DNA from: Marsupella aquatica
Taxonomy: Eukaryota > Plantae > Marchantiophyta
Length of the DNA stretch: 64,000 bases
NCBI GenBank assembly: GCA_973895155.1
Contig: OZ316893.1
Coordinates: forward strand, 14,476,645 to 14,540,644
Direction of reading: 5' to 3'
This document shows, piece after piece, positions 13,524-26,715 of the stretch. Every line of letters starts with the position of its first letter. The first letter of the stretch is position 1. Under the pieces are notes generated by a model. The model was not told where the DNA came from. It was given only the letters and a program-made list of their open reading frames with translations, and did no database searches. Made by a program: the position numbers and the translations under genes.

Positions 13524-16500
13524 TGTGACACCGCCAGCACGGCGGTTAATGATTGATTCGGCCTAGCCATGCTTAGCACGCTCATTAGGGGCACTGTAGG
13601 CCGTAGTTATTAACATAACGACACTAAGTAGGTAGTACTTATGACTAGGGAATCATTAGTTAATAAGGGGCATTTACGTTCGGGATGGCGGCGGAGAGCC
13701 ATTCGTACTCTCGGGTTACGAGCGTGTAAGAGGACACTTCGGGTCCATATAACAAAGTCTTGGAGGCGGCTGCTGACACGCTCTGAACCGGACCCGCGAG
13801 TGGCCAGTACACTGTGAGCGTGAAAAGCTCGGCCTATTGGAAGGGAGGAGGGGCCGGTCGGACGATGAGCCCTCAGAGTATAAAAGGAGGGCCATTCTCT
13901 CGCATTACACTCACACTCCATTCCGCGCGCCAGCTTCAACCTCAACCACTTCGTCCCTCCTTAGTCGTCCACCGTCACTCCTGGATGTCTGTCACGATAT
14001 TGTCCAGTTCGGCCCTTCAATTTTGGCTGCAATTCCTATCCATAGGAAGTCACTTAGCCAAGTCCTTAGCCGAAGTCAACCCGCGCCGATACGAGACCGA
14101 ACGAGCTTACGAGAGAGCCATTCGCTTAGCCGGCCAAAATCACTATAACGGCGACTTCTCCCTCCCTTTTGAGAGTGAGCTTTGCTGAGTCGACAAAATC
14201 AGCAAATACTTTTTCGTCGATGAGAAGTACGTCGGATTTTGGGAAGCACTTCTTTGGCTTTTGGACAAGGTTTACCATCTCTTGGGCACAATAGACTTGC
14301 AACCACACCATTACGACCATATCCCCGCCCAGGTTCAAACCTCCATCGACTGTCAGTTTGGCCCTGCTCAAACAAGTGAGACTCCTATCCTATCATCACT
14401 CAACTTCCCCAGGAACTACTTAAATCTCATGGCGCCTCCACCAGCCGCAACTGGCACCAACCCATCCGCGACCGCACCAACACCACCTCGGCCTCAGCCA
14501 AGTCGATCTCCACCACCGATAGCACCACCTCTTCGAGTGCGATCCATGGTAAATGCGGTGAATATTAGCTCCAAAGATGAGGAAGCTCATCCTCCTCTGA
14601 ATCGATGGCCGCGGGGTACGACTCAACAGGCGCCAAGCAACCCGGCGCCACTCCAGCAAGCCCGAGGGGATAACACGGTGACTCTAGCGGCTCCGGCACC
14701 AATACTCACGGCAGTAGCACTACCGCCGCCCGAACGGGAGGATGGGGAGATGTCCCCCTCTTCTAGTCACCCCGGGAATCAGCCTCGGGGTAGAAAGAGA
14801 AAGGAACCCGCAGCTATATCCGGGTTGCCTTTAGCCACAGTTGTAGTGGCCAAGCGGACCATGCATCGCATGGGGGAGAATGTTCACAAGAACATCCTCC
14901 ACCCCAAGCATGCATGCTACCTGAAGACCCAAGGGTTTGAGCACCTCGCCTCCCTCCCTTGGAATGGAAGCAGGTATTACGGGCAGGATATGACGGAGTT
15001 CATTCAAAACTTTGACGAGGCCCTTCAACAAACCCGGGCGCACGGGAGAGTGATGTGTCTCAATGAGGCACGTTTGAAGATGATTTTTGGCCTACCCGAG
15101 GGGATAAACCAGGTAGAGTCTCGGGCTCCTGGGGGCAAGGGAGCTAAATATCAGTCCTCTAGCTTCCCGGCCAAGGGAGCAGTGGACAATGGATTCTTGA
15201 TGAGGACGTGCCTCATCCCGGAGGTAGCATAACGCCTGGAGTTCCAGCGGTACGCCCTCCACATGATGGAACCACGGGGTGAAATGTCCGCCGCCCAGGT
15301 CATCCAAACGGAGAACTTTTGGCCTAGGAAATGGGCATCCTTCTTCGTTAAGAAGTTCCACGAGGAGATGGAGCGGAGAAGGAAGACCTTATACCTCGGC
15401 GGAAAGGCGTACTTTGCGAGCCACATCAAGATCATCATCGAGTGGTACGCCCATTTTGACCCCCAAAGCCTTCCCCAGAGCAACGAGACGGAATTGACTC
15501 CGTCAAAGTGGGTGTTCCCAGCTCAGAAGAGGCGACCGCAGCCTGAGGCCCAAAACCTGGCTGTCGCAAGACCTGCTTCCCCGAACCCGCCACCAGCCGC
15601 TCCCGCCCTGCCCAGCGTACCCATGGATGCAGTTATAGCAACCTTGGAAGCAATCAACCAGGTCAACGCAATCAAAGTCGGGCCGGCCGAGGCCATACCC
15701 AAGCCCAATACTGCGGTGGCCGAGGAAATCTTGTCACCTCCTGCGACTATGCAGGAGGACCACCCAGACCAGCCCCTTTGACTGACTTACCTCAAGGGCT
15801 GGATGTTTCCACTCCTACTCCCTCGCGGGCTGGGGTCTGCCTGTGCCCAAGTCCAGATGGGCATAGTCTGGATCACCCAGAACTCTTTGCGTCGGGCACG
15901 TTTCTGAACGGGTTGTTGGGAGATTTCTCTCAACAGATCACACGGGATACCGGAGAATACATGGCACGGAAGGTGGCCTTCTTCTTCACCCAGGAGTTGG
16001 TTGCGGCTGTAAAGGCAGGACATGCGCAAGCTGAGACAGCGCAGAGAATAGAGCAATACCATGTTGAGTCTGCCTACCTGAAGGACAAAGTGGCAGCCCT
16101 GGAGACTAAACTCCGGCAACTGCAACCTCAGGTAACGGCCATGGAGGATCAGGTTGCTGAGGCCAGGGCCCGGGCAGCCTTAGCAAAGCAGGCCGAGCTT
16201 GGAAAGGACTCCAAGATCGCCCGGCTCCGGACCAAGATTGACGGTTTGAAGGGACAAGCCGTCAGTTGGCAGAAGGATCTGGAGGAAGCTGACTCTCGAT
16301 CTTAGCGGACGCAGCCGAGATTAATTGACACCTTGAAGACAGAGGTAGCACGGCTTCAGGGAGAGGCCACCAAGCAGGCCCAGTTGGTGGATAAGTTGAC
16401 GAGCGACGTCCAACAACTGGAGGAGGCATGTCAAGAGGCCGCGGAAGAGACGGACACGGTGAAGCGTGAGAATGAATCTCTGCTGGACCAGGTCCAGCTG

Positions 16501-17475
16501 CTCAAGCAGGATACCGACAGGCTTAGGAGGCAGCGGGATAGCCGCTTCCACTCAAGCGGCTCTGGCAAGCGTGCCAGACATTAGCGGCGGAGTAGGATTA
16601 AAGTAGAGTTAGGAGTAGCTAAATCGGGCTATAGGGACAAGCGCCTGCCTAGTTAAAGCGGCGCTACCATACTGTCCAGCCTGTGTAGAATAGAATCTTC
16701 TAATAAGACAAGCCATTTCCCGGCCTGACAACCAGCTTAGTTAGGATCTTAGTTAGTAAATATTCGGGCACGAAGGCACTCCGGTCCTCGGCCCTTAGTA
16801 TTTAGTGCACCCCTCAGTAGAGGCAGGGGGTTTTTAGTCTCAGAGTTGGACATCCACGGTATGTGCGGGGAGTCCCAACCTCTGTGAGTGAAGGAGTACC
16901 AAGGGGACGGCGTAGGACTAAGCTCGTTGGGCGAGTGCGGAGCCGGGCTCCGTTGTAGTGTGTACACCCTCGGCCTTGGACCTGTTCATTCAGGAGCTTT
17001 CGGGTCAACTAAGTGTATGTGTATGTCCCCTATGTAGTAAAATCCTTTCCCATTATTTCCTTCATGTAAATCAAGATTGTATGCTAGTGTGTGTATGCAT
17101 GTGTGAATCTCGTGTATGGGTGCTAACGCTTGGCCAAACGCACTACCCGAGCCGTGCACAGGGTGCAGGTTGCAGGCAAGTGGTTGCGAGCCCGGGTTGA
17201 GTAACCGTATCATCGAATCCGGATCAAAGGCGGACAACATGAAGGCTTAGAAGCCCGTAAGCCAGGGTCGATCCCGCTATCGACTAAGGTACATTCCGGC
17301 GACGGAACACAAACCATACCTAGGAGGTGTCCGTACATGATAGTGGACGCACTTAGCGCTAGTTTACGTGAGTTAGGTGCATTCCGTGCTTCCCTCCCTG
17401 CCCGAACCCTCATATTTACGAAGGATTGCCTGTCTAAGCCGAAATCGGGTTAAGGCCTAGGCTGATGACGTGACA
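13524..17475 (+). mobile_element. Large solo-LTR-like insertion, 3952 bp, containing a decayed ORF
   Basis: TGTGAC...GTGACA termini; 5-bp TSD TGTGG (13519-13523, 17476-17480). No internal terminal direct repeats and no gag/pol. TATA-like TATAAAAG at about 13879. Confidence 0.8.
14429..16584 (+). pseudogene. About 700-aa retrotransposon accessory-type protein (Pro-rich N-terminus, globular plant-transposon-like domain, C-terminal coiled coil), disrupted
   Basis: Four ORF-track pieces join into one frame: in-frame stops at 15230-15232 and 16303-16305 and one frameshift near 15778. The central segment YLKTQGFEHLASLPW...EFIQNF...LKMIFGLPEG resembles plant-mobile-domain/transposon proteins. The tail is heptad-rich and ends in KRARH. 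Confidence 0.6.
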
Positions 17476-18142
17476 TGTGGCAAAAACAATGTAATTTCTG
17501 GGCGCCATGCCGTAAATATTAAGCGTAAAAAATCCAGAATACAAAGGAAGAGATGTCATTTAGTAAAGTAAAGTTACCAGTTGTCAATGATATATCAGTG
17601 TTTTACATCAAAATGCTTGTATTTTTTAATTGTTTGCAAGTTTAAAAACATAACCAATTGATAAAAATGTACATATCACTATATTCATTAAAACTGTACT
17701 TTTAAAAGTCCATAAGATGAACCCTAAAGTTATTTTTTTTCAGGCCAAATTTCTATTAAAGCATTCCCAAAAGCTAATTTTTTTCAGCCCAAATATACAC
17801 TTTTGAACGCCCAAAATTTTGTTTTTTTCACCCAAATGTTTAATAATAACTTAAATCATATAAATATTAATTTAAAAATTAGAGTAAATTTAATTTAGTC
17901 CAAAAATCAGAGGCCAATACCACTCAGACCATCTATAAATTAAAAAATATAGATGGTCATAAATCAAGGGTCAAAATGAGATTGACCCACTATATAATTA
18001 TTAAATTGTCCAGTCCAGTGAGAGAGCCTCACACTAAGCATATATCCTAATTATTTACTTTATCCTACATGTTCAAAACATATCCTTTCAAGACATAATA
18101 TGAATGTACAATTCAGGGTAGGCACTAGAGCAACCCTATCTC

Positions 18143-19168
18143 CTAATGATCAAGACAAAACTCATTTGAACAAGAAAGTCTGCTTCCTGATTTATCATAG
18201 CGGATGTCACGGTTGCAAGTATCTCTCGCATGGTGGTTCTTAAACTTATTGGTGATATCCCTAGTTCTGAGAACTTTCCAAATAAAATGCCTTCTATTTT
18301 GTGTATGAGGACCAGAATAGTTGTCTCCAAGTATTACGTTTGCAGTTTCTTCGATCTCATCCGTGGTCCACGTCTCCAGTGGTGGGTAGTGCTGCACCTC
18401 GTTCTTTCCGTCCCAAGGAATCTCTTTAGGAGTCACATCCAAGATGGTTCCAAACTCCCTATGGATACAACGACAATCTCCCCACTTCTATTCCAAAAGA
18501 GCATAGATGGCAGCATGATCCTCCTTGCTTGTTAATAAATTGAAAACAGACCACTTTGGATTGTTGACAGTGATATAATGTCGAACGCAGTAAGCCTTTC
18601 TCAATTTGCAAAGATACGGCCATAATATCTCGGGCAAAAAAGTGTCATTTGAAGCTGTGTGAGTAAATGGATTTGGAAACAATGCCTTCAATGGAGAATC
18701 ATCAATAAGCACTGTATTAGAAACATCATATTTTTCTGGAAAACGGTCCCAAATGGTTTGCAAATTCTTCAGAAGTAAATTGGCCTTCCCATCTGTTATA
18801 TCTGGCCTTTGGATGCAACTATCAAAGGTATCTTCTTGAGTAAAGACAAACTTGAACTTCTGTCGCTCCTTCTCAGTGAAAATCAACTCCATTAAGTCCA
18901 TTGTTTTTGGCCTCCTTGCACAGGTCCAAATTGCGACGTCAAAAACCATGAAAGCTGCATATAGAAATTCGTGGAGGTATGGGCGCTCCACATACATGAA
19001 ATTAAACCCTCAACGTCTCCCCCAGTGCACACCACGTAAACTTGTTTGATTTCGCCATGGTCCTGAGCTTCTGGTCTTAATGCAATCCCAACAAATCTTG
19101 TTAAGGTCAAGAACCAAGAGCTTTCGCCGGATCGGAGAGTGTAGTATTGGAGTGAATTCTGGAAACAT
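18143..19168 (-). pseudogene. FCP1/NIF (HAD-family CTD-phosphatase-like) protein with two premature stops
   Basis: One frame from the ATG at 19168: RKLLVLDLNK...ERPYLHEFL...FDVAIWT...KNLQTIW...NTVLIDDSPLKA. Stops at 19010-19012 and 18488-18490; the frame continues to 18143. The DxDxT motif reads DLNKI. Confidence 0.8.
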
Positions 19169-19512
19169 TAACATAAGCCCTTAGTCAATGCGACTCAAAG
19201 TTTAAACAATTACTACGGAGGAAAATTCTCAAAATTTGAAATCAAACAAACTTTGTTATAGCATTTGAAGTAGAGAGGAACGACCCTGGGGCAACCCTCC
19301 TAGAAAAACATTAATTACATTCAATTGCCATTTTTTAGATCCAAAGTATACCTGGGTCAAACCCTTCCTCCACAGCAACGCTTTCCGAGGGAATGCCAAC
19401 AAAATCCTTTGAGGAAGGAGATTCTACGACGGAACTTTGGTCTGTAAAAAAGTTTATTATTACAAAGATAAAGCTTAGATTGTCATTAAAATACCAAGAA
19501 CCAAAGAAAGGG

Positions 19513-20737
19513 CTAATAATTTCCAATGCTAAAATGCCCAAATTCATCTATTGTTTGATCACCTAGAACACTCTGTATCTCGGAATTGATACCACTGGGA
19601 AGTTGCTCTTCAAAGGATGGGGGTGCAAAAACTAGGCTCAGTCTCAAGTTCAGTTTTTTGTAATCTGATTTTGCCATTATCTTTGGAGCATCGTCTAGTG
19701 ATTCTATCATTCCAACCTTTGGTCCATTTCTCCATATAAAATGAGTTGCAGGACGGACTGTTTTCATATATCCAGTCCTGCCGATCTCGGATCCAGAATT
19801 TTGTGAAAATGATAATACTACAGGGCTTCCTGTAGAAGCACTTGTAAAACCAAATTTAGTCTCTGATGAGCAATATAGAGGAGACATGGGAGGATTTGAA
19901 GCACCTGCCTTCTCTTCTTCATTTGCAGCGGTCTCAGGTACTTGACGATCATCCGCCTTTGCAAGTGCAATGTCTGACATTTCTCCCAATTCTACTGCAT
20001 CAATATTGCCTAGACCATCTGCGGTTGCCTTCCAATGTGCGTCCGATGTGGACGATGTAAGATCTGGGTCCGATTGGTGCATCCAATTCTCTACACCGGC
20101 AAAGGGATTTCTTGGTGGGTCGCCCTCAGGTCGACCCACAACATCGGCCAACCCCACACCAAAGTAGGGAATACCTACCACTTGTGTTCCACGTTCATCC
20201 AAATGTCGAGTGACCCTGTCGTCTGTGTCGTGACCCAATTCTCCTTCCTCAATATCATCTTCGCCCTGGTCTACGCCTTCTTTGGCACCAACATGCTCGG
20301 AAACCCCATCGCGGGCTCTACCAAATTTGGAACCGCCCATCCGGTCACTCATTATGGAAGGAACTTTCTCACAGAGAACCCTTCCATATGCCTGAGTGAA
20401 ATCATATTCATCCTCAGTGTCTGAATACGCAAAGCATTCTCTGAAACACAACAATGACACCTTCATAACCTGTCCTCCCGAGAAAAAGTCAAGTATAGTC
20501 TCCCCTTCAGCCGAAAAAAAATCAATAATACTCTGCAGCATACATTTTGGCTTAGCGTGAATATTCACAAAGCCACCTCTACTTCCCACCATCTCAAACA
20601 TGGGAGCCTTTCGTAAGACATCTCCAATGTGAAATGCCGAAGTTGACTTAGTCTCTGTCTCCTTACTTGTCTTACTCTTATTCTTATCTCGCTTCTCCGT
20701 CTTGTCTTCCACTTGGAAATCAGGGTCGATCGCCGAA
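19513..20737 (-). pseudogene. 3' part of the ParB-like/DNA amino-methyltransferase-like gene (SAM-binding region plus acidic tail)
   Basis: HAKPKCMLQSIIDFFSAEGETILDFFSGG matches the HPxxKPxxLxxxII...SxxGDxVLDPFxGSG pattern of beta-class N4C/N6A MTases. It joins in frame to 50134-51188 once the CACTA element and one TTG are removed. Confidence 0.75.
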
Positions 20738-23700
20738 TTGCACTAGTAGAAACCGGGGCAATTTAGACCAAACCTTATAGGACTAAGGCCACTAAGTCCT
20801 TTTTTACAACTTCAAATGACTCGGAACCATTGCACCGGTTCACATGAACACTACAAAAGACTTTGAGTGCTTTTTGGTTTAGGATAAGACTATGAAAAGT
20901 TTCCACGTACCCTACTTTGTGAAAGGGTGAACACTCTCGCACATGAGTGTTGTAGGGTTTAGTTGTGGGCCTCAATTTGATAATGGGCATATGGGGGGTT
21001 TACGTCCGCTATATTGAACACGTACAAACTCACTACATGTCTAAATGCCCTAATGTCTCATATACTCCATAGTGGGTTTAGGGGGGGTTTACGTCTCAAG
21101 GGTGGGCCGGTTATATGTGAAGGGTGTGGGTGGTCACCACTAAAGGGGGTTTAGTAGGGTTTATATGTCAAGGGTGGGCCGGTTAGGTCTCAAGGGGGTG
21201 GGGGTCACCAACATCCCGTTCTATTCAAGTTTGCCAAGCCAAGAACCGGGTGCACACATACCCAAGATTTTTGGGCTAGCATGATTTTCAATTCACAGCC
21301 GGCTCTACTTCACCAACATCCGGCTTTATTGAACTTTTCCAAGCCAAGAAAAATTTGCTGAAATACCCAAGATGGCCATGCAGTAACACTTCAATGTAGT
21401 GGTGTCTCACTTTGGGTGACACTCAACGGCTCACTCAAACGGTAAGGTTGAGTGGCTCCCCTTAATGACTTAAGTCCCCTAATCTAGTAAAGAGGCACTA
21501 AACTGGTCTTTGGGAGTGACTTTGGAGTGTTTGGGCCATCGTCATTGGACGCAAAACGTGAGGGGTCCAAGGTTCGGGGTTTTACGTTGGATTTAGGTTT
21601 TGGCTGTAGGGCTAAGAAGGTTGTGGCTGCTGCAACCTTCGATCGGAGCTAGTTGTGAGGGCTTCATTCTTCGGGGATTTTTGAGAGAAGGGCCTCTCAT
21701 TGTTGCACAATTCTCCTGACCCGCACTGCCGATGTGTTGTGGCTGCACCCAGAGCGACTTGGTGTTGCCATTTGTTTCAAGAAGGTTGTGCTACCATCGC
21801 GAGCTGTTGAGGAGAGGGCCAGTTGCTTGCAAAAGGATTTGTAGATTGTGTCGGAGGTCTAGATTTCTCCATTTCTACCAAGAAACGACGTGCAACAAGG
21901 CAATGTGGAGCGCAACGGCAATGTCCAGGGTAGTCCTGAGTGCTTAGGTCATTCCATTCCTTATGAGAAATGTCGTGCGGCAGGGCAATGTGCAGTGCAA
22001 CGGCAACAATGTCGAGGGCACTCCTTAGTGCTTAGGTTTTCAGTGAGTTGCAGTTCGAGAGGAGCTATGATCTGGGGACTGAGGCGCTGAGGGTTTAGCT
22101 GAGGGGAGGAGCTGTGATCTGGGAAGGTGTTGCGGTGCCAAGGTCTATTGTAAGGTGAGGTGATTGTTGCGGAAGTTTAACTGTAGTGGGTCCTTAAGGT
22201 CGCGGAGGCATTCAAAGGAGGCGTGAGTAGGGCGGCAATCGTTTGTTGCTGCGGAAGGAGGACATTGGAGTTGTGAAGGCGCTGTGGAAGGCGACCACTG
22301 CGGAAGGTGGACTGCAGTGGGTCCTTAAAGCTTGCGGAGGCATTGAAAGGAGGCTGAGCAGGGAGGCAATCGTTGCTGCTGCGGAAGGTGGACATTGGAG
22401 TTGTGAAGGAGGTCGTGGAGCTTAAAGAGCAGTTGCAAAATCGGGAGCCGGTTGTTTGTTAGGAGGAAGCAGTTGATAGTGCTGCCATTGGTTATCAGTG
22501 TCATCAGCCAAAGGTTAGTCCCGGCCATGCAGCTGAAAGTGCGCTTCTTTCATCCCTTTTCCAGCAACTTTAGTTCCACATTGTTTTGTTGGGTTGTCTG
22601 TTGAATACTTTCATTGCCTCTACAGGCTGAAGGTTACTATAGGCCCTGGCTTGCGCACCCACTCCTTACACTCATGCCCAAAAACCAAACAACAAGTAGC
22701 AGAGCTCAAGCAGATCCGCTCCGCTCTGTTCTCAGCTGGCTGCGTAGTAGCTACATCTCCTCTGGTCCATCCTATTTTGAGCAATGTCATACCTCCATAG
22801 CATACAGCTTGCCTGATTGAATGGTACATTAGGTTCAGCACATTCTCCCTATGGCTGAAGAGTTATGGAAAACCCCAACACAATGAAATTCGTTATGATT
22901 TGTCTTGGCAGTCGAAGCTGCTGAAATTGCCGATTCTGATTGGATTCGGTAGGAATTCAGAATTTGTTGAGTTTGTTTGTCGCTGGATATGAGTTATTCA
23001 AGACTCCATGATTTGAGAGAAGCCATTTAGCATCCCTTGTAGATCCTGGTACCATCTGACATTGTGAGGGCTCGAAAGCCTCAAGTGACCGGGCCATCGT
23101 TGTATGCAAATTTTTGTTGTTGTATTCATGTACATCCCTGCTTGGATGAGGCGTGGTGTTGCTTGTAATCATGTATTTCTTCACACTAGAAAAGCAGTCT
23201 GTCATATGAGGTTGTCGGGATTGTCTTCCGGTCAGTCATCTTACATCTTTGTGTTGTTTTGCGTTTCAGTGAAGGGCACTAGCAAGTAGCAAGAGCAGCG
23301 AGCTGGTGATTTGCACCTTAGGCTTGGGCTACGGAGGGAGTTGCTGCAGCACCACGACAGAGAACGAAAGCACGGGTAACATTACCACTATAATTGTTGA
23401 AGAAAATACCTTTACCTGCTGCCATTTAAGCCGAGTGCACCGCCTTAAGTTTAAAGATCCCGTTGCTGGTAAGACATCATGGCTACATTGCTTTTCGATG
23501 TTGTCCTCTGTCCTTTTGTGGGATTCAGCCTGAGCTAGCTGAATCCAATCCAGGAGTTGTTGCGCTAAGGTGAGACTTTGAGTTTAGGGTTGCTTGAGTG
23601 TCCGAGTAGGTTTTCTCTTTGCGTGGGCAGCTAGAAGGTAAGCTCGGGGGCTTTACAAAGGGTTAGTGTTGCGGACTTTCCCTCCTGGACGTTGTGTGTC

Positions 23701-25596
23701 TTCATTTGCAACTTGTTTGTGGACCTGTGATCCTGAGACTGTCAAAATTGTTGTGGCCGCACTGACAACTTGATGACGCGTTTTGTGGATGCACCGTTAG
23801 TAATCGCGAGTACAGCTCTCCAACAATTGCACTTACCATTTTTGACCACCTTGCATGATGTCCATCCGTGGGCTGGACCCCAAGAAGTAGATTTCGGTAG
23901 ATTTCGGTAGATTTTGGTAGATTTTGTCTCTGCCCCCGGTCCTCATTTTGTGCAATGTCCGCCTGGCACTTGGTTCTTGATCCCTACATTATCGTCTGCC
24001 GCTCGGCTGCTTGCGGAAGGGATCAAACAGATTGGAGGTGCTTGGTCTTTTCATTTTGAGTGTCAGAGTTTAGGAGGACAGCTTGCACCATCGCCGACAA
24101 GAATGACCTGCTTGCAGAACAAGAGGGACGAGCGTGAGCTGCTTGCAGAATAGGAGATTGACCGCGAGCACGAGCTGCTTGAAAAATAGGAGACTGAGGC
24201 CAACCTGCTTCTTTGTTGCTACTCTGGTTGCGCTGCTACATTGGTTGTTGATCTTCACCCACCCACTTGCCTACTCAATTGATAGAGTACAGCTTTGTCT
24301 CTGCGTCTGTTACTGTTGTCTTTGTCCCTCCCCTTGAAATTGTGGGCCTTAAAAGGTCAGTAAGTTGGCTTATGTAGTTTTTATGTCCCTCCGCTATGTC
24401 AATGTGTGTTTCATTGCATCAGGGCATCAGTCGCTGTTTGCCTATAACCGGACTGTTCATTCTCTGTCCACTCATTTGATGTAATTCTTCCCATTGCCGC
24501 CCAATGCTATGGCGCCCATGCTACAATTTGTGGTTTTTGTCTAAGCACAAATCCTCTCTGTGCCTGGTTTCTGTGTCCCGTCATTTGGATTGATTGTGTA
24601 GACGTTTCCTCTTCTCCCAGTCCTTGTCATCCACCAGCCAAAGCACATTGGATTGTTTTCAAAGGAGGGCTGTGTAGTTTGGAGGGTTTGATCTATGCAA
24701 CGGATTTGAGCAGATTGGCGGTTGTTAGTTTCTTCTTGTAAAACCTGTCTGTCTTTTCTGCTTTTGGCCATGCTCCTTCACTTCTTGCTGCAAGCTCAAT
24801 GTGCTTCAGCTATGGCAATATTCACTTACCCTATCCCAACGGCACTACCGTGAGCTGTAGGACAGCCAACAGAAGCAGATTGTATCGATTGCATGTAAGT
24901 CAGGGTATTTTTATGTATTGCGGAACAACTGTCCAAGTATGCTGCAATGGCCGGTCTTGCACAGCTGAATGAGCCAATTTCATTTTCCCTGTGCACTTCT
25001 ATTTCTCAGAGAATTCCCTGGTCATGCTCATTTCCCCCAGAGTTAGAAAACAAAGAAGAAGAGCTGACTAATTGTAATTCCAATCCATATCCTGATCGGT
25101 CAAGGATTGTTCACTACATTGGCCTTGTCATTGGCCGAGGTCACCAAATTTTGCTTGGTTTCATTCCTGTGGAGCACTGCTGTGATGGATTTGTCGTAGC
25201 ATTCTGCAAACTCTCACGGTTTGCTTATGGCCATTATTTGCAATTTGCTGCTATTAATATGTCTTCTTCTGAGCAGCATACACCAGAAGTAAGCAATAGT
25301 GGAGGTTTAACTGCACATCAACACATCTACTAAACTACCTCTCTGCTGCTCACTGGAGGGTGAGACTTTCACTCTTTCTGGATATTGTAGTTTGTAAGCA
25401 AGTTGATTAGGAGTGTTTCATGCTATGTTTACAGTGTGACCCCTAGCTGGAACCAATGGAATGACACAGTGAGTGGGAACTGATAATTTAAGGTTGGTTG
25501 CTGTTGGTGAGGCAAGTACAGCTCCTGCTCACCTTGCTGATCGAAGGTGCTTATCAGAGGACGTGAACACACGACTTGTCCACAAAAGCAACACTT

Positions 25597-26046
25597 ATGG
25601 TGAGGACCCGCAACGCTGAACATGTGCGGCTTGCACGCAAGGCAGAGATGTTGCGCCTTGAGTATGTCAGACTTGGGATCCTTCCAGCCCAGTCTGCATG
25701 GTACTTTGAGTACCCAGTTGTTGCCAGGAACAACTACAGTCGGCCTGTACCTGCTTCTCCACCCTTCTCAACATCCTTGGTATTTCTGTCTCTAGTACAT
25801 GACCCGCCACAAATTAGGGCCCAAGGGTGTGTGCACAGTTGCCAATATGACTGTCCTGCCTATAGGGCTTCTGGCCTAGAGTTGGATGACCGTTCTCTTG
25901 GATGTCGGTTTTTTCACAGAGCACAATGTATCATCTGGAACCACTCGCCATCCTGCAGTGTGCCTGGCGATGTCACTTGTCCTGCCCTCCCAGACCCCAC
26001 CACCGGTCACTTTGGTGTCTACACATGTTTGGATCACACGCTCTAG
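25597..26046 (+). CDS. Hypothetical Cys/His-rich protein (possible CACTA cargo)
   Basis: About 149-aa ORF (MVRTRNAEHVRLARK...) with a Cys/His-rich C-terminal half. Same strand as the adjacent cargo ORFs. No family recognised. Confidence 0.35.
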   Translation: MVRTRNAEHVRLARKAEMLRLEYVRLGILPAQSAWYFEYPVVARNNYSRPVPASPPFSTSLVFLSLVHDPPQIRAQGCVHSCQYDCPAYRASGLELDDRSLGCRFFHRAQCIIWNHSPSCSVPGDVTCPALPDPTTGHFGVYTCLDHTL

Positions 26047-26715
26047 AGGACCACTTGTCACACCGCATGCACAAACCAGAGACCATTGACCTATAACTTA
26101 ACACTTTGACTTGAACAGAGAGGATATTTACTTAAGATTTTGAATTATGACCAATTTTGGGTCCAGGGTTTAGGGTCAACAGTACATAACTTATCCTATT
26201 ATGGCTGCACTAAGTACAATATCCTAATTTAAGAGGCTAGCAAGCTCACTTAAAAGTCTCCTTTCAAAGATTGGAATTAATGGGCCATGTGATAACCTGG
26301 AAAAAGTGATTTCTGCCTAACTTATTTGTCTCATTCACTATCATAGCCTATTTAGGATGTATAAATTACAACCCTGATCACAGTGCTTGATACCAATCCT
26401 GTTCAAAAAATGCCTGTTTTACATGTCACGACTGTTATATGTGATTCAAATGCATTAAATCTTGTTGCAGATCTCCTTTGGTGAATCATAGCCACAAAAT
26501 TGAGGTGTAGGTGGAGCTATTGTACGAGGGGATCAGTTTTTAGTGTGGGCTCAACAAACCAAAAAGTATGTCTACTCTGCACATGTGTGTGAACATTTCA
26601 TTGCAGTAGCAATTGCCACTCTAGTCTATATGCTACACTGTACTTTTTGTACACTGCACTAAATTGTATTGTCTGTGCACTCTGCTAAATTGTACTATCT
26701 ATCTCATGCGTAGGC

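Noticed and set aside
21000-25400. Additional cargo genes in the 5' part of the CACTA element
   Set aside because: Only short ORFs and local repeats (for example gcggaaggtggac near 22170-22400, gtagatttcg near 23888). No recognisable domain.
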